This document shows positions 28,048 through 37,113 of a stretch of DNA of 64,000 nt, in pieces; positions within the stretch are counted from its first letter, which is position 1, and each line of letters opens with the position of its first letter. Both the position numbers and the translations under genes were made by a program. Origin of the DNA: a virus; IMG/VR virus record IMGVR_UViG_3300043331_001676, positions 1 to 64,000 of that record. The stretch is one strand, 5' to 3'. The notes beneath the pieces were generated by a model. The model was not told the origin of the DNA, searched no databases, and saw nothing but the letters and a program-made list of their open reading frames with translations.

Positions 28048-28404
28048 ATGAGCACCCTCGACCAATACCGCTTAGGCTACGCGCTCAAAAGCAAGCGGTC
28101 CGGCCTGGACCTGAACCTGCGCGAGGTGGCCGCTGCCACCGGCATCAGCACTTCGACCCTGTCGCGGGTCGAGAACGGCAAGGGCCACCTGCTGCAAATA
28201 GATACCTTTCTGGCCCTGTGCGACTGGCTGGGGGCGGACCCGGCCAGCTTCATCGTGCCCGGTACGGAAGCAAACAGCGCACCCGAAATGGGCGACCTGG
28301 AGGAGATTGAGGTCCGGCTGCGGGCCTGCCTGGAAGCGCCGGCGCTGTGTAAGGCTATCGCCGAAGTCATCCGGCTGATCAGGCTTGAGCAAGCAAATTC
28401 ATAA
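28048..28404 (+). CDS. XRE-family HTH regulator
   Basis: LREVAAATGISTSTLSRVENG. Confidence 0.9.
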   Translation: MSTLDQYRLGYALKSKRSGLDLNLREVAAATGISTSTLSRVENGKGHLLQIDTFLALCDWLGADPASFIVPGTEANSAPEMGDLEEIEVRLRACLEAPALCKAIAEVIRLIRLEQANS

Positions 28405-28421
28405 GAACGGAGGATCATCGA

Positions 28422-29126
28422 ATGTTACCTGTACTGATCGGCTGCCGGGGCAATGACCCAGATGCGCCCAAACTGCTGAAAGCTGAGGGCTGGCGTTATG
28501 GTTTTCGGAGTGATGCAACGCCTTACGGCTGGCCTTACTTCGTAGACATCAAATGGTGTGATTATATTTGGTCTAGCCATTTGGCAGTCATTCGTGAATG
28601 GCGGCCCGTAATAGCGATGGTAGCCGATTATGAATCTCTGACTCGGCAATCTTTTATGTTAGCCCAGATTCGTGACATCTCTTCTCTGGGTGTTCGGCCT
28701 ATGGTTTGCCCCAAGTTTTCAGGCGCAGTAGCCGACATTCCAAAAGGTTGCATTGTGGCTGTTTCTGTACCAACCGATTATGCCGGCTTCTTACCTGAAC
28801 CAAGCGAGGTCAAGGGGCGAGAGTTGCATCTTCTCGGCGGCCATCCTGACCAATTTAGGGTGCTGATTCAGCGATATAATCAAAGCAAAGTAGTAAGTAT
28901 TGATTGTTCGGCTATTTTTCAAAAGGCGCAATTTGGGGCTTTTTGGAGCGCAAAACGAAACACATGGAGACATGTGAAGCATCGCTTTTCTACTCACGCA
29001 CTTACCAGAATGAGTGCAAGGCAAGTCACTACATATCTGGGTCAACCCCCTAAGTTATTCCTAAAACAGAGGAAGCGGCTGTACCAGGTTGGCTTCGAGC
29101 TGAAGCCTTCATTGTTTCAAATTTAA
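28422..29126 (+). CDS. DUF6610-like short TGT-related protein
   Basis: FVD..W, VCPKF, SVPTDYAG, LHLLGG.P, VVSIDCS....AQFG; lower GC than flanks. Confidence 0.6.
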   Translation: MLPVLIGCRGNDPDAPKLLKAEGWRYGFRSDATPYGWPYFVDIKWCDYIWSSHLAVIREWRPVIAMVADYESLTRQSFMLAQIRDISSLGVRPMVCPKFSGAVADIPKGCIVAVSVPTDYAGFLPEPSEVKGRELHLLGGHPDQFRVLIQRYNQSKVVSIDCSAIFQKAQFGAFWSAKRNTWRHVKHRFSTHALTRMSARQVTTYLGQPPKLFLKQRKRLYQVGFELKPSLFQI

Positions 29127-29134
29127 CCCTGATT

Positions 29135-29854
29135 ATGGAGAAGCAATTTATGGAGAAGCAATCAACAAACTTTAAAAAGCACAAAGACGATGAATTTTTT
29201 GACCGCATTGACCTGATAGAAAAACGCACCGGCCAGCCGCTGATCCGGCTGATCGTCGTTCCCCGCTACAAGACAAGCGGCTTAAGTGGGGACGAGTGGC
29301 GCATTAGCGGGCAGATTCAAATCAACAAAGGAAGCCGTTGGGAGCACTTTGACCGGCACTTCCTCGACCTGGAAACGGCGACGATAGGGCTGTATCCGGC
29401 CATCTTTGGCCATCCCAGGTTGCACCAGGTCAGCATTGCCCACGCCGACTTTTACCGTAAAGGGGTTAAGGTCTACGAGTCCACATACGACGGCAAGCTG
29501 CTGCCCCTGATTCACGTCGCCGGCCACCTGCCCTGGGCCTTCATCCTGGCCCGTGAAAATGTGGAGCCGGGAAATTGGGACGAGTTCTGTTTTCAGCCCA
29601 GTTGCTCAGCCGAGGCGGTTTCGACCTATCAGTTGAAATACGAGTATTGCCACCGGGGCCATAAAACCAAGCCTGTAACCGGCCCATATCATCGCCGGTT
29701 CTGCAAGCGGCATTTGAGGCGTGGCAACTGCGGCCTGGAAGATGCGGATGAGAATTACATCGTCATCGAAGGCCTCGGTCCCGACCAGGCCGAGGGCTGG
29801 GAGGAAGACGCCAGGCCGGCTGTATTTGGCGGGTTTATTGATTTAGCAAAGTAG
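29135..29854 (+). CDS. Cys/His-rich hypothetical protein
   Basis: PRYKTSGLSGDEWR; CFQPSC...FCKRH..RG.C..ED. Confidence 0.65.
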   Translation: MEKQFMEKQSTNFKKHKDDEFFDRIDLIEKRTGQPLIRLIVVPRYKTSGLSGDEWRISGQIQINKGSRWEHFDRHFLDLETATIGLYPAIFGHPRLHQVSIAHADFYRKGVKVYESTYDGKLLPLIHVAGHLPWAFILARENVEPGNWDEFCFQPSCSAEAVSTYQLKYEYCHRGHKTKPVTGPYHRRFCKRHLRRGNCGLEDADENYIVIEGLGPDQAEGWEEDARPAVFGGFIDLAK

Positions 29855-29876
29855 TTAGCCAGGAGGAAAACCAGGA

Positions 29877-30128
29877 ATGAACATTGACACAGGCCATTTG
29901 GTAGACACATCGGGAATGACGCCGGAGGAGCTGCTGGGGCTGCGCCAGGTCGGCTATGAGGAAGTCCCGCCCGGGCTCAGCCGGGCGGCCCGGCGGGCGC
30001 TGGCGGGCAAGAAGGAAACAAAGATCAGCCTGACTTCAGGCGGCCAGCTTTCCCGGTGGGCGGCGGCGAAGCGGAAGGCGCGCCGGAAGATGGCGAAGGA
30101 GTCGAGAAGGAAGAATAGGGGGAAATGA
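29877..30128 (+). CDS. Small basic phage protein
   Basis: AGGAGG RBS; RRKMAKESRRKNR tail. Confidence 0.7.
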   Translation: MNIDTGHLVDTSGMTPEELLGLRQVGYEEVPPGLSRAARRALAGKKETKISLTSGGQLSRWAAAKRKARRKMAKESRRKNRGK

Positions 30129-30190
30129 TCGTCATCTTCAAGTGCGCCAGCGAGGGGGAAATGATCGTCATCTTCAAGTGCGCCAGCGAG
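30118..30190 (+). repeat. Perfect 36-bp tandem duplication of RBS plus start codon
   Basis: GGGGGAAATGATCGTCATCTTCAAGTGCGCCAGCGA x2. Confidence 0.95.
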
Positions 30191-30370
30191 CACTGCCTCC
30201 AGCAGTTTACCGAGGAATGGCCGCTCTCCTCCCTTTTGGGTCACTTTCTCCAGGGCCGAGTGGTACAGTGTCCGACCTGCGGCCTTCGGCAACTGCTGCA
30301 TCCACCGCAGCCGGCCACGGCCATCGTGGTCAGTATTGATCCGGTTGACCCCAAAAAACCTATTGCCTAA
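30125..30370 (+). CDS. Small zinc-ribbon protein
   Basis: C...HC and CPTC pairs. Confidence 0.55.
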   Translation: MIVIFKCASEGEMIVIFKCASEHCLQQFTEEWPLSSLLGHFLQGRVVQCPTCGLRQLLHPPQPATAIVVSIDPVDPKKPIA

Positions 30371-30521
30371 TCTTTCCACCTGTGATAGACTCATAACCAA
30401 GCGGCGGGTAGTCCATCATTGGCTACTCTTGCCGCTTCGTTTTAAAAGCGCCAAAGCTTTTGGGACGAAATCTAAAAGCACCTCGGACAACCCGCCGCCG
30501 TCCGAGGTGTGCTTTTTTAAA

Positions 30522-30550
30522 AGGATGAAGGATGAAGGATGAAGGATGAA
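30522..30550 (+). repeat. Heptamer tandem repeat (AGGATGA) x4
   Basis: Direct reading. Confidence 0.9.
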
Positions 30551-30590
30551 ATAAAGAAAATGTTCCCCCTCACTCCTCATCCCTCTAAAG

Positions 30591-31193
30591 ATGGCCGATG
30601 TCAATGACCTCCAGGAGGCGCTGAACGCGCCCCCGCCAACCCAGGCCCAGATCATCGAGACCTGGCTGGCGTTAAAGGAGGCTCACGAGAAGGCGGAGCA
30701 GGCGGCCAGGGAAGCGGCTGAACGCAGCCGGCGGGCTGAAACGGCGGCCAAAAACCAGATCAGGATCCACGAGACGCTGCTGTCGGAGCTGGGCCGGATC
30801 ATCCAGCAAAACGCCCTGTGGATCGCGGCCATCGGCGAATTCCAGGAGGAGATCAGCCAGAAGCTGGAGCAGGGCGATTACCGACTATCCCTGATCCTGG
30901 AGGGAACCCGGATCAGGCTTGAGGGGGCCAGGGCCGATAAGGAGCGACTGGCCCAACTCATCGAGGAGATCAAGCTCTCAGAGCTTGATCTGATCGAGAC
31001 TGAGGAGGTTGGGCTGCGCAGGCGGATCAGGCTGCACCACAAAAACCTGAGCAGCCTGGAGATCCAGAAGGCGGCTTTTGGTTCGATGTCCACGCCGCTC
31101 TACATCCTCAACCAGATCGCCGATGAGGAGGATAAAATCAAGGAACTTGAGGCCAGGCTGGCCGAACTTATGAAAGACAGGAATACCCCATGA
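30591..31193 (+). CDS. Coiled-coil protein
   Basis: Heptad-rich; C-terminal KNLSSLEIQKAAFG.MSTPLYILNQI motif. Confidence 0.7.
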   Translation: MADVNDLQEALNAPPPTQAQIIETWLALKEAHEKAEQAAREAAERSRRAETAAKNQIRIHETLLSELGRIIQQNALWIAAIGEFQEEISQKLEQGDYRLSLILEGTRIRLEGARADKERLAQLIEEIKLSELDLIETEEVGLRRRIRLHHKNLSSLEIQKAAFGSMSTPLYILNQIADEEDKIKELEARLAELMKDRNTP

Positions 31194-31268
31194 TCCTGCT
31201 AAAAAACAATCTCCCTTTCTTCTGGCAATGTCCACTTGACTTTTTGAAACTGAAGGTGGTGCTGAGGC

Positions 31269-32297
31269 GTGTCTTCTGTCGTTGAACTTATGGATGCCCT
31301 GCTCCTCCTGCTGGGCTTTATCCTATTTACGCAGTTTCTGTATGCCGGCTTTTACGCCTGGAGGGACCTGCTGGCCGGCCAGAACGGCTTCATCCGGGCT
31401 ATCGCCCTGTTTTCCCTGGGAGGCGTCCTGGCCGGCTCGCGGACCATTGCCGAGGTCGTGCTGCAAAACCTGGACATGAATACCCAGCCCTATATCAACC
31501 TGCTACTGAAACTCTGGCAGGCCGGCGTCTATGGCCTGGTTACCTTCTCGCTGCACCTGATGATCCAGAAGCTCAGAGATGAGCGAAAGAACGAAGAGGG
31601 GCAGGTCCCTCGATCCCACTCAGGACAGGCCCTGGTCGAGATGGCCCTGATCCTGCCCATCCTGATTTTCATATTGATCGGCGTCTTTGAGGTCGGCTAC
31701 GCTCTGCGCTCCTACATCGTCCTGGCCAATGCCAACCGGGAGGCGGCCCGCTTTGCCGTCCGGCCCCGGGTGCTCGATTACAAACTGCCCGACCCCGGCT
31801 ATGCCAAGATCTGGACGCACACCCTTAACTCTATCGAGGGCCAGATTGCGTTCGAGCGCGGCGGGGAGATGCTGGTGAGCCGGGTCTTTGTGGACGCCGG
31901 CATGGCCTGCCCGCTCACGGGCACGTGCAACTGCGACCAGGCCATGCGGGCCCCCTTCACCCCGACGATCCTGCTTAACCCGGTCCTGTATCCGACCCAT
32001 ACGGCCCGCTTCCCGGCCACCCTTCGGGCTGAGCCTCAGGACGAAGCCTCGACCCGCCAGAGCCGGGTCCTCAGCCCCGACTTTTATCTGTACCTGGTCG
32101 CGCAGAACCGGCGGCATAATTGCGAACTGATCCAGAAGGGAGTCCTGCCGGTGGTGGACGACCTGATCGTGGTCGAGATGTGGTACGAGCAGCCGCAACT
32201 GTTCGGATTTCCACTCATCTCTAACCCCTATACCGACCCCGTGCCGATGTACACCCACACGGTCATGCGGCGCATCGAAGCCGTGAGGAGTCCATGA
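31269..32297 (+). CDS. Three-TM N-terminal domain fused to a TadE/TadG pseudopilin
   Basis: SGQALVEMALILPILIFILIGVFEVG...NANREAARFA TadE signature beginning near residue 120. Confidence 0.8.
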   Translation: MSSVVELMDALLLLLGFILFTQFLYAGFYAWRDLLAGQNGFIRAIALFSLGGVLAGSRTIAEVVLQNLDMNTQPYINLLLKLWQAGVYGLVTFSLHLMIQKLRDERKNEEGQVPRSHSGQALVEMALILPILIFILIGVFEVGYALRSYIVLANANREAARFAVRPRVLDYKLPDPGYAKIWTHTLNSIEGQIAFERGGEMLVSRVFVDAGMACPLTGTCNCDQAMRAPFTPTILLNPVLYPTHTARFPATLRAEPQDEASTRQSRVLSPDFYLYLVAQNRRHNCELIQKGVLPVVDDLIVVEMWYEQPQLFGFPLISNPYTDPVPMYTHTVMRRIEAVRSP

Positions 32298-32803
32298 GTT
32301 CTACCCTGTTCGGCCCCCTGAACAAGACCCTGCGCCGGATGGTCAACGATAGCGCCAATTACCAACGCGGCGTGCTGGACCTGGTCAAAAACATTGGCCG
32401 GTCTGAAACCAACCGGGAGCAGTTCGAGCGGGACCTGAATAAATTAAACGAGAGCGCGCTGGCGATGATCCGGGACAATATGGCCCTGGCTGCCAGCTCG
32501 CGGGAGCTTGAGGAAGCGCCTTCGATTGCCGATGATATAGCCGATCTGACCATCAAACTACAGTTGATGGATTACGCCCAGCGGCTGGATTACATCGGCC
32601 TGGCCCGCTTCCTGGAAAATATTGACCCCGAACTGTTTGAGCCGACCTTAAAAGAGCTGTCCACTTACGAGGGCGGGGAGGAGCGGATCCGGGCGCTGCT
32701 CGCGGCTATCGGGAAGGTGCTGCTGAAAGATAGCCAACCCGCCGGGGAAGCGGGCCAGGCTGTCGAGGTATTGCCGGCAGAGGATTCCCAAACGAGCGTT
32801 TGA
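32294..32803 (+). CDS. Hypothetical helical protein
   Basis: GAGGAG RBS, ATGA overlap. Confidence 0.65.
   Translation: MSSTLFGPLNKTLRRMVNDSANYQRGVLDLVKNIGRSETNREQFERDLNKLNESALAMIRDNMALAASSRELEEAPSIADDIADLTIKLQLMDYAQRLDYIGLARFLENIDPELFEPTLKELSTYEGGEERIRALLAAIGKVLLKDSQPAGEAGQAVEVLPAEDSQTSV
32790..32801. promoter_or_regulatory. Representative copy of the dispersed palindrome AAACG(A/C)GCGTTT
   Basis: Copies at 14616, 15957, 17751, 19959, 25516, 26513, 27346, 32790, 35261, 38789, 41125, 50940 (degenerate), 52778, 54211. Confidence 0.75.
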
Positions 32804-32824
32804 AGTTTCTCAAGGAGAGACATT

Positions 32825-33400
32825 ATGGCAGGAGGCAGGCCGTCCAAATTGGACGCCTCAACCCAACAGATCATCTGCGCGGCCATCCGGCGCGGTCTGG
32901 GCTACGAGCCGGCGGCGCGAATGGCCGGCATCCGCTATTCTACTCTGCGCAACTGGATCAACCGGGCCGAGGCCGAACTGGAGCGGCTGAAAAAGTCCAG
33001 GACCCGCCTTTATGCTTCGGAAAAGCCATTTGTGGAGTTTTTGGATGAACTCCAAAGGGCTGAGGCCGAGGGTGAAAATACCAATGCCGACATCATCAAT
33101 GATGCGGCCCGGGGCGGGCAGCAGGTCACCAAAACCGAGAAGTACGAAAAGCGGATTTGGGATAAAAAAACCGGGGCCTTTGTTGTCATCGAACAAACGG
33201 AGACGACAAAAATAGAGACGGCTGCCCCCGACTGGCGCGCGGCAGCCTTCATCCTGGAGCGCCGGCACGCCGACCGCTGGGGCCGGCAGGTAAGGACCGA
33301 GATCAGCGGGCCAGGCGGCAAGCCGGTACCGATTCAGATCACTTCTATTGAGGTAGTAGCCCCGGCAGGGCCGGACGATGCAAACGGCGACGACGAATGA
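32825..33400 (+). CDS. Terminase small subunit
   Basis: GRPSKL, HTH, DWRAAAFILERR, EISGPGGKPV; precedes the large subunit. Confidence 0.85.
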   Translation: MAGGRPSKLDASTQQIICAAIRRGLGYEPAARMAGIRYSTLRNWINRAEAELERLKKSRTRLYASEKPFVEFLDELQRAEAEGENTNADIINDAARGGQQVTKTEKYEKRIWDKKTGAFVVIEQTETTKIETAAPDWRAAAFILERRHADRWGRQVRTEISGPGGKPVPIQITSIEVVAPAGPDDANGDDE

Positions 33401-34700
33401 ACTGGTTGAAATTACCCCGGAAGGTAAACTCAGGCTTCACTTCCACCATGGCCAGTGGCAGGCGTGGCACAGCAGCCGGCGCATCGTCGGCGTCATTGCC
33501 GGCACTCAATCCGGCAAAACCGTTTTTGGTTCTCCGTGGCTTCATCGAGAGATCCAGCAGCGCGGCCCCGGTGATTACATGGTGGTCACGCCTACTTTCC
33601 CCCTGCTCGAACTCAAGGCCCTGCCCGAATTTCGCCGCTATTTTGAGGACATCCTGGCCCTGGGGACTTACCGGGCATCCCCGGTCCGAATTTTCAACTT
33701 CTCCGAATCCGGCCAACTGCGCACCTTTGGCAACAGCGGCTACGACTATCGCACAAACGTTTTTTTTGGCTACGCGGCTGAGCCTGAGAGCCTGGAAAGC
33801 GCTACGGCCAAGGCGGCCTGGCTGGACGAAGCCGGGCAGAAGCGATTCAAGGTTGACTCCTGGGAGGCGATCCGCCGCCGGCTGTCCATCCACCGGGGCC
33901 GGGTCCTCATCACGACCACGCCCTACAACCTGGGCTGGCTCAAGCAGCGGGTGTGGGATAAGTGGAAAGAAGGCGATCCCAACATTGACGTTATTCGCTT
34001 TGTGTCTATCACTAACCCGCTTTTTAGCCGGGAGGAGTGGGACGACGCCAGGCGGAATCTGCCCCGCTGGAAATTCGATATGTTCTACCGGGCCATCTTT
34101 ACCCGCCCGGCGGGGCTTATCTACGATGTTTTTGATGAGACCCGGCACAGGATTCCGCGCGGGCAGATTACTGTCCAGGATGACTGGCCGCGCTACCTGG
34201 GCCTCGACTTCGGCGGGGTGAACACAGTCGGCCTGTTCTATGCCCAGATACCGGGCACAAGCAAGCTCTACCTCTACCGGGAATATAAGGCCGGGGGGCG
34301 GACGGCCAGGGAGCATGTCGAGCATCTGCTCGAGGGCGAGCCAGTCGTCCCCTTCTGCGTGGGCGGCTCCAGGTCCGAAGGGCAGTGGCGCAGGGAATTT
34401 CTGGCAGCCGGCTTGCGGGTCAGAGGCCCGGCAGTCACCGATGTCGAGGTGGGTATTGACCGGGTCTATGGCCGGCATAAGGCCGACGAGATTTTGGTCT
34501 CTGGGGACTGCACCGGCTACCTGGACGAGAAGTTGACCTACAGCCGGGTGCTGGATGAGAACGGCGAGCCGACCGAAGAGATCGAGGACAAGAGCGAATT
34601 CCATTTTATGGATGCTGAGCGCTACGTTCTGGGCTGGCTGACCCGGCCCAGGCAGCAGCAGGGTGGAGGCCGCTCGCATTCTTCGCGCTCGCTGCGCTAA
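33378..34700 (+). CDS. terL: Terminase large subunit
   Basis: AGTQSGKT, WLDEAG, ITTTP, LGLDFG, HFMDAERY. Confidence 0.93.
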   Translation: MQTATTNELVEITPEGKLRLHFHHGQWQAWHSSRRIVGVIAGTQSGKTVFGSPWLHREIQQRGPGDYMVVTPTFPLLELKALPEFRRYFEDILALGTYRASPVRIFNFSESGQLRTFGNSGYDYRTNVFFGYAAEPESLESATAKAAWLDEAGQKRFKVDSWEAIRRRLSIHRGRVLITTTPYNLGWLKQRVWDKWKEGDPNIDVIRFVSITNPLFSREEWDDARRNLPRWKFDMFYRAIFTRPAGLIYDVFDETRHRIPRGQITVQDDWPRYLGLDFGGVNTVGLFYAQIPGTSKLYLYREYKAGGRTAREHVEHLLEGEPVVPFCVGGSRSEGQWRREFLAAGLRVRGPAVTDVEVGIDRVYGRHKADEILVSGDCTGYLDEKLTYSRVLDENGEPTEEIEDKSEFHFMDAERYVLGWLTRPRQQQGGGRSHSSRSLR

Positions 34701-34710
34701 AGGAGCACTT

Positions 34711-36354
34711 ATGGACTTTGAAACGCTGGACCTCAAAAAAGCCACCGAGCTGATCCCGGATGCCAGCGCCGATTGGCTCAAGGTCAACAAGAAGTTTTAT
34801 GAGGGCGACCACTGGCAGGACGCCGGCGGCTGGTCCGGCCCCACCCCGGAGGATGATCACCCGCTGCGTAAGGACCTGATGCTGGAGATCCAGCGCGGCT
34901 TTGTCTCCAAGAACACGGTGGCCGAAGTGACGAACCGGCACGTGGGCGGGGTGATTGGCCGCGAGCCGATGTGGGCGATGGCCCTCATCCGGCCCCTGGC
35001 CGAGGGGGAGGAGCCGAGCGCCGAGGAGCAGGCCCTGATAGACGAGGCCGAGGCGCTGCTCACGGACTGGTGGGACGATTCCAGCCGGGGGGTATCCTGG
35101 CGCGACCAGACCGACCACGGCGTTCACAGCATCCTGCAAGACGCCGTGGCCACGGCCCTGTGGGCCAAACGGGGCGCGCTCAGGCTGTTTGTGCCCCCCG
35201 GCCAGCTTCAGGCCGATCCCACTGACCCCACCGGCCGGATCGTGCCCCGGGCCGATCTCAAAACGAGCGTTATGAGAATACACCTGGACCACCCCGACCC
35301 AACCCAGGCGGCAGTGATCCTGGACCGGGAAACGATGGCCCAGGCCGGGATTTATCTGTACGAGAAGGATAAGCAGAAGTTCGCCGAGGTTGTATACCTG
35401 GACGAGCAGGGCAACACGGTCATTCGGATCGTCGGAGCAGGTGAAACCAAGCAGGATGCCCCTTCGCCGGCCTTCAGCCTGACCCTGGGCGGCCAGCTCA
35501 CGATGCACGAGATAGCCCGCGAGCGGCTCATCACCGACCAGGTCATCCAGAATCAGAAGGCCCTCAACCTGGCCCTGACGATGCTCAGCCGCAACGTGGT
35601 CCTGGGCGGCTTTCTGGAACGGACCTATCTCAACGCCCAACTGCCCGGCAGAGAGGAGGATGATCCCAACCGGCCCGGCCAGAAGCGCTTTGTGCCGGAA
35701 CGGCTGCACGTGGGGGCCGGGGCGACCAACTTTATCAGCGGCGTTGTGACCGGCATTGACCAGAACGGGAATGATGTCATCGCCACGCCGCAGCTTATCT
35801 ACCGCGACCCGGTCCCCGTGACCACCTTCCGCGACACCAAGGCAGAGAGCTACCGCACCATCCTGGAAGAAGTTCAGCAGCTCCACGCCCTGATCTCAGG
35901 TGACGCGACGAGCACCGGCGAGAGCCGCAAGCAGGCCCGGTCAGATTTCGAGGAGAGCTTGTCCGACACCAAAACCCAGGTCGAAGCGGCCATTCGCTGG
36001 CTCCTGGAGACGGTGCTGGCCATGGCGGCCACTTTCGCCGGCCAGCCGGGCCGCTACGCCAGCCTGCGGGCCAGCGTTACCTGCCGGCTCAACCTGGGGC
36101 CGATCAGTTCCGAGGACCAGCGGGTCGCCAAAGAGCTGGTCGAGGCCGAGATCATCAGCCGGGAAACCGGCCGTAATTGGGTTGGCGTGGACGATGTGGA
36201 TGCCGAGGCGGCAAAGATCGAGGCCGAACAGGAGGTTATCGGAAAGCGGACCCAGGCGAATATAGCGGCGGGCGTGCTGGGTGCGCAGCGGGCGCTGGCC
36301 GGGGGCGGGGGTAATGGCCTGGAGCGGGGAACGGATCAAGATGAGGATGAGTAG
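34711..36354 (+). CDS. Portal protein
   Basis: Follows terL; AAGGAG RBS; FYEGDHW, TGESRK, IISRET (SPP1-like). Confidence 0.85.
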   Translation: MDFETLDLKKATELIPDASADWLKVNKKFYEGDHWQDAGGWSGPTPEDDHPLRKDLMLEIQRGFVSKNTVAEVTNRHVGGVIGREPMWAMALIRPLAEGEEPSAEEQALIDEAEALLTDWWDDSSRGVSWRDQTDHGVHSILQDAVATALWAKRGALRLFVPPGQLQADPTDPTGRIVPRADLKTSVMRIHLDHPDPTQAAVILDRETMAQAGIYLYEKDKQKFAEVVYLDEQGNTVIRIVGAGETKQDAPSPAFSLTLGGQLTMHEIARERLITDQVIQNQKALNLALTMLSRNVVLGGFLERTYLNAQLPGREEDDPNRPGQKRFVPERLHVGAGATNFISGVVTGIDQNGNDVIATPQLIYRDPVPVTTFRDTKAESYRTILEEVQQLHALISGDATSTGESRKQARSDFEESLSDTKTQVEAAIRWLLETVLAMAATFAGQPGRYASLRASVTCRLNLGPISSEDQRVAKELVEAEIISRETGRNWVGVDDVDAEAAKIEAEQEVIGKRTQANIAAGVLGAQRALAGGGGNGLERGTDQDEDE

Positions 36355-36607
36355 TGGCCGGCCCTTCGGCAAGCTCAGGAGGAACCGAGATAGACCTTCA
36401 AGCTGTTTTTACCCAGTTTACCAACCTTGAGCAGCGTTACCTGCCGGGCGCGCCGGCTGAGCACGACATCCTGCTGATCCTGGAAAATGCGCTGATTGGT
36501 GGGGAGTTGATGTTACTAAAGGATTTGACCGGATCTTGCGACCATCTAAGGCTGCTGCGCAACGCGCTGCGGATTGCCTACCAGGTGGGGAAAAGTGAGG
36601 CCGAAGC

Positions 36608-37006
36608 GTGAACGCGGCCCAGTTCCACCAGGAAATGTTTGAAGCAAAGTTTGAGGCGCTCTGTCACAAGTGGACAGGTTTGTTGAACCTGGGCAACTGG
36701 GCCATTGATTATTGGGTGGCCGAAGTAATTGATGAGGACGGTACAGTTGAGGGTAAATGTCACGTCAAAACCCAGCTCGGCCACCGGGCCACGGTCACTT
36801 TTGCCAGCCGGATCGGCTTTGAGGATGACCTGATGCGAGAAGAGTTGATTGTTCACGAGCACCTACACGTTGTCCTGGACGAGCTGGGCCAGTTCGTCTA
36901 CCAACATCTGCCCAGAGAGCACCACGATTACTTTACCCGGCTGATGGAGATTGCGGTAAGCGACCTGGGCCGGGTACTGGTCAGGCTGAGTAGCGCCCAG
37001 GAATGA
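36608..37006 (+). CDS. Small HExxH zinc-metalloprotease-like protein
   Basis: LIVHEHLHV. Confidence 0.65.
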   Translation: MNAAQFHQEMFEAKFEALCHKWTGLLNLGNWAIDYWVAEVIDEDGTVEGKCHVKTQLGHRATVTFASRIGFEDDLMREELIVHEHLHVVLDELGQFVYQHLPREHHDYFTRLMEIAVSDLGRVLVRLSSAQE

Positions 37007-37113
37007 ACCCTTCGACGGGTTCGACAGGTCCTTCGAGGGCCTCAGGAGGCTCCTCACCGCAGGCAAGCTCACCCCCGTGAGAAGCCGGGGGCAGGTGATG
37101 AAAGGAGATCAGA

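Noticed and set aside
30118-30190. 36-bp repeat as a CRISPR or TIGR-like array
   Set aside because: Only two directly adjacent copies, no spacer, and it encodes a gene start.
33345-35886. Long minus-strand ORFs of 481 and 426 aa
   Set aside because: Antisense shadows of terminase and portal, expected at high GC.
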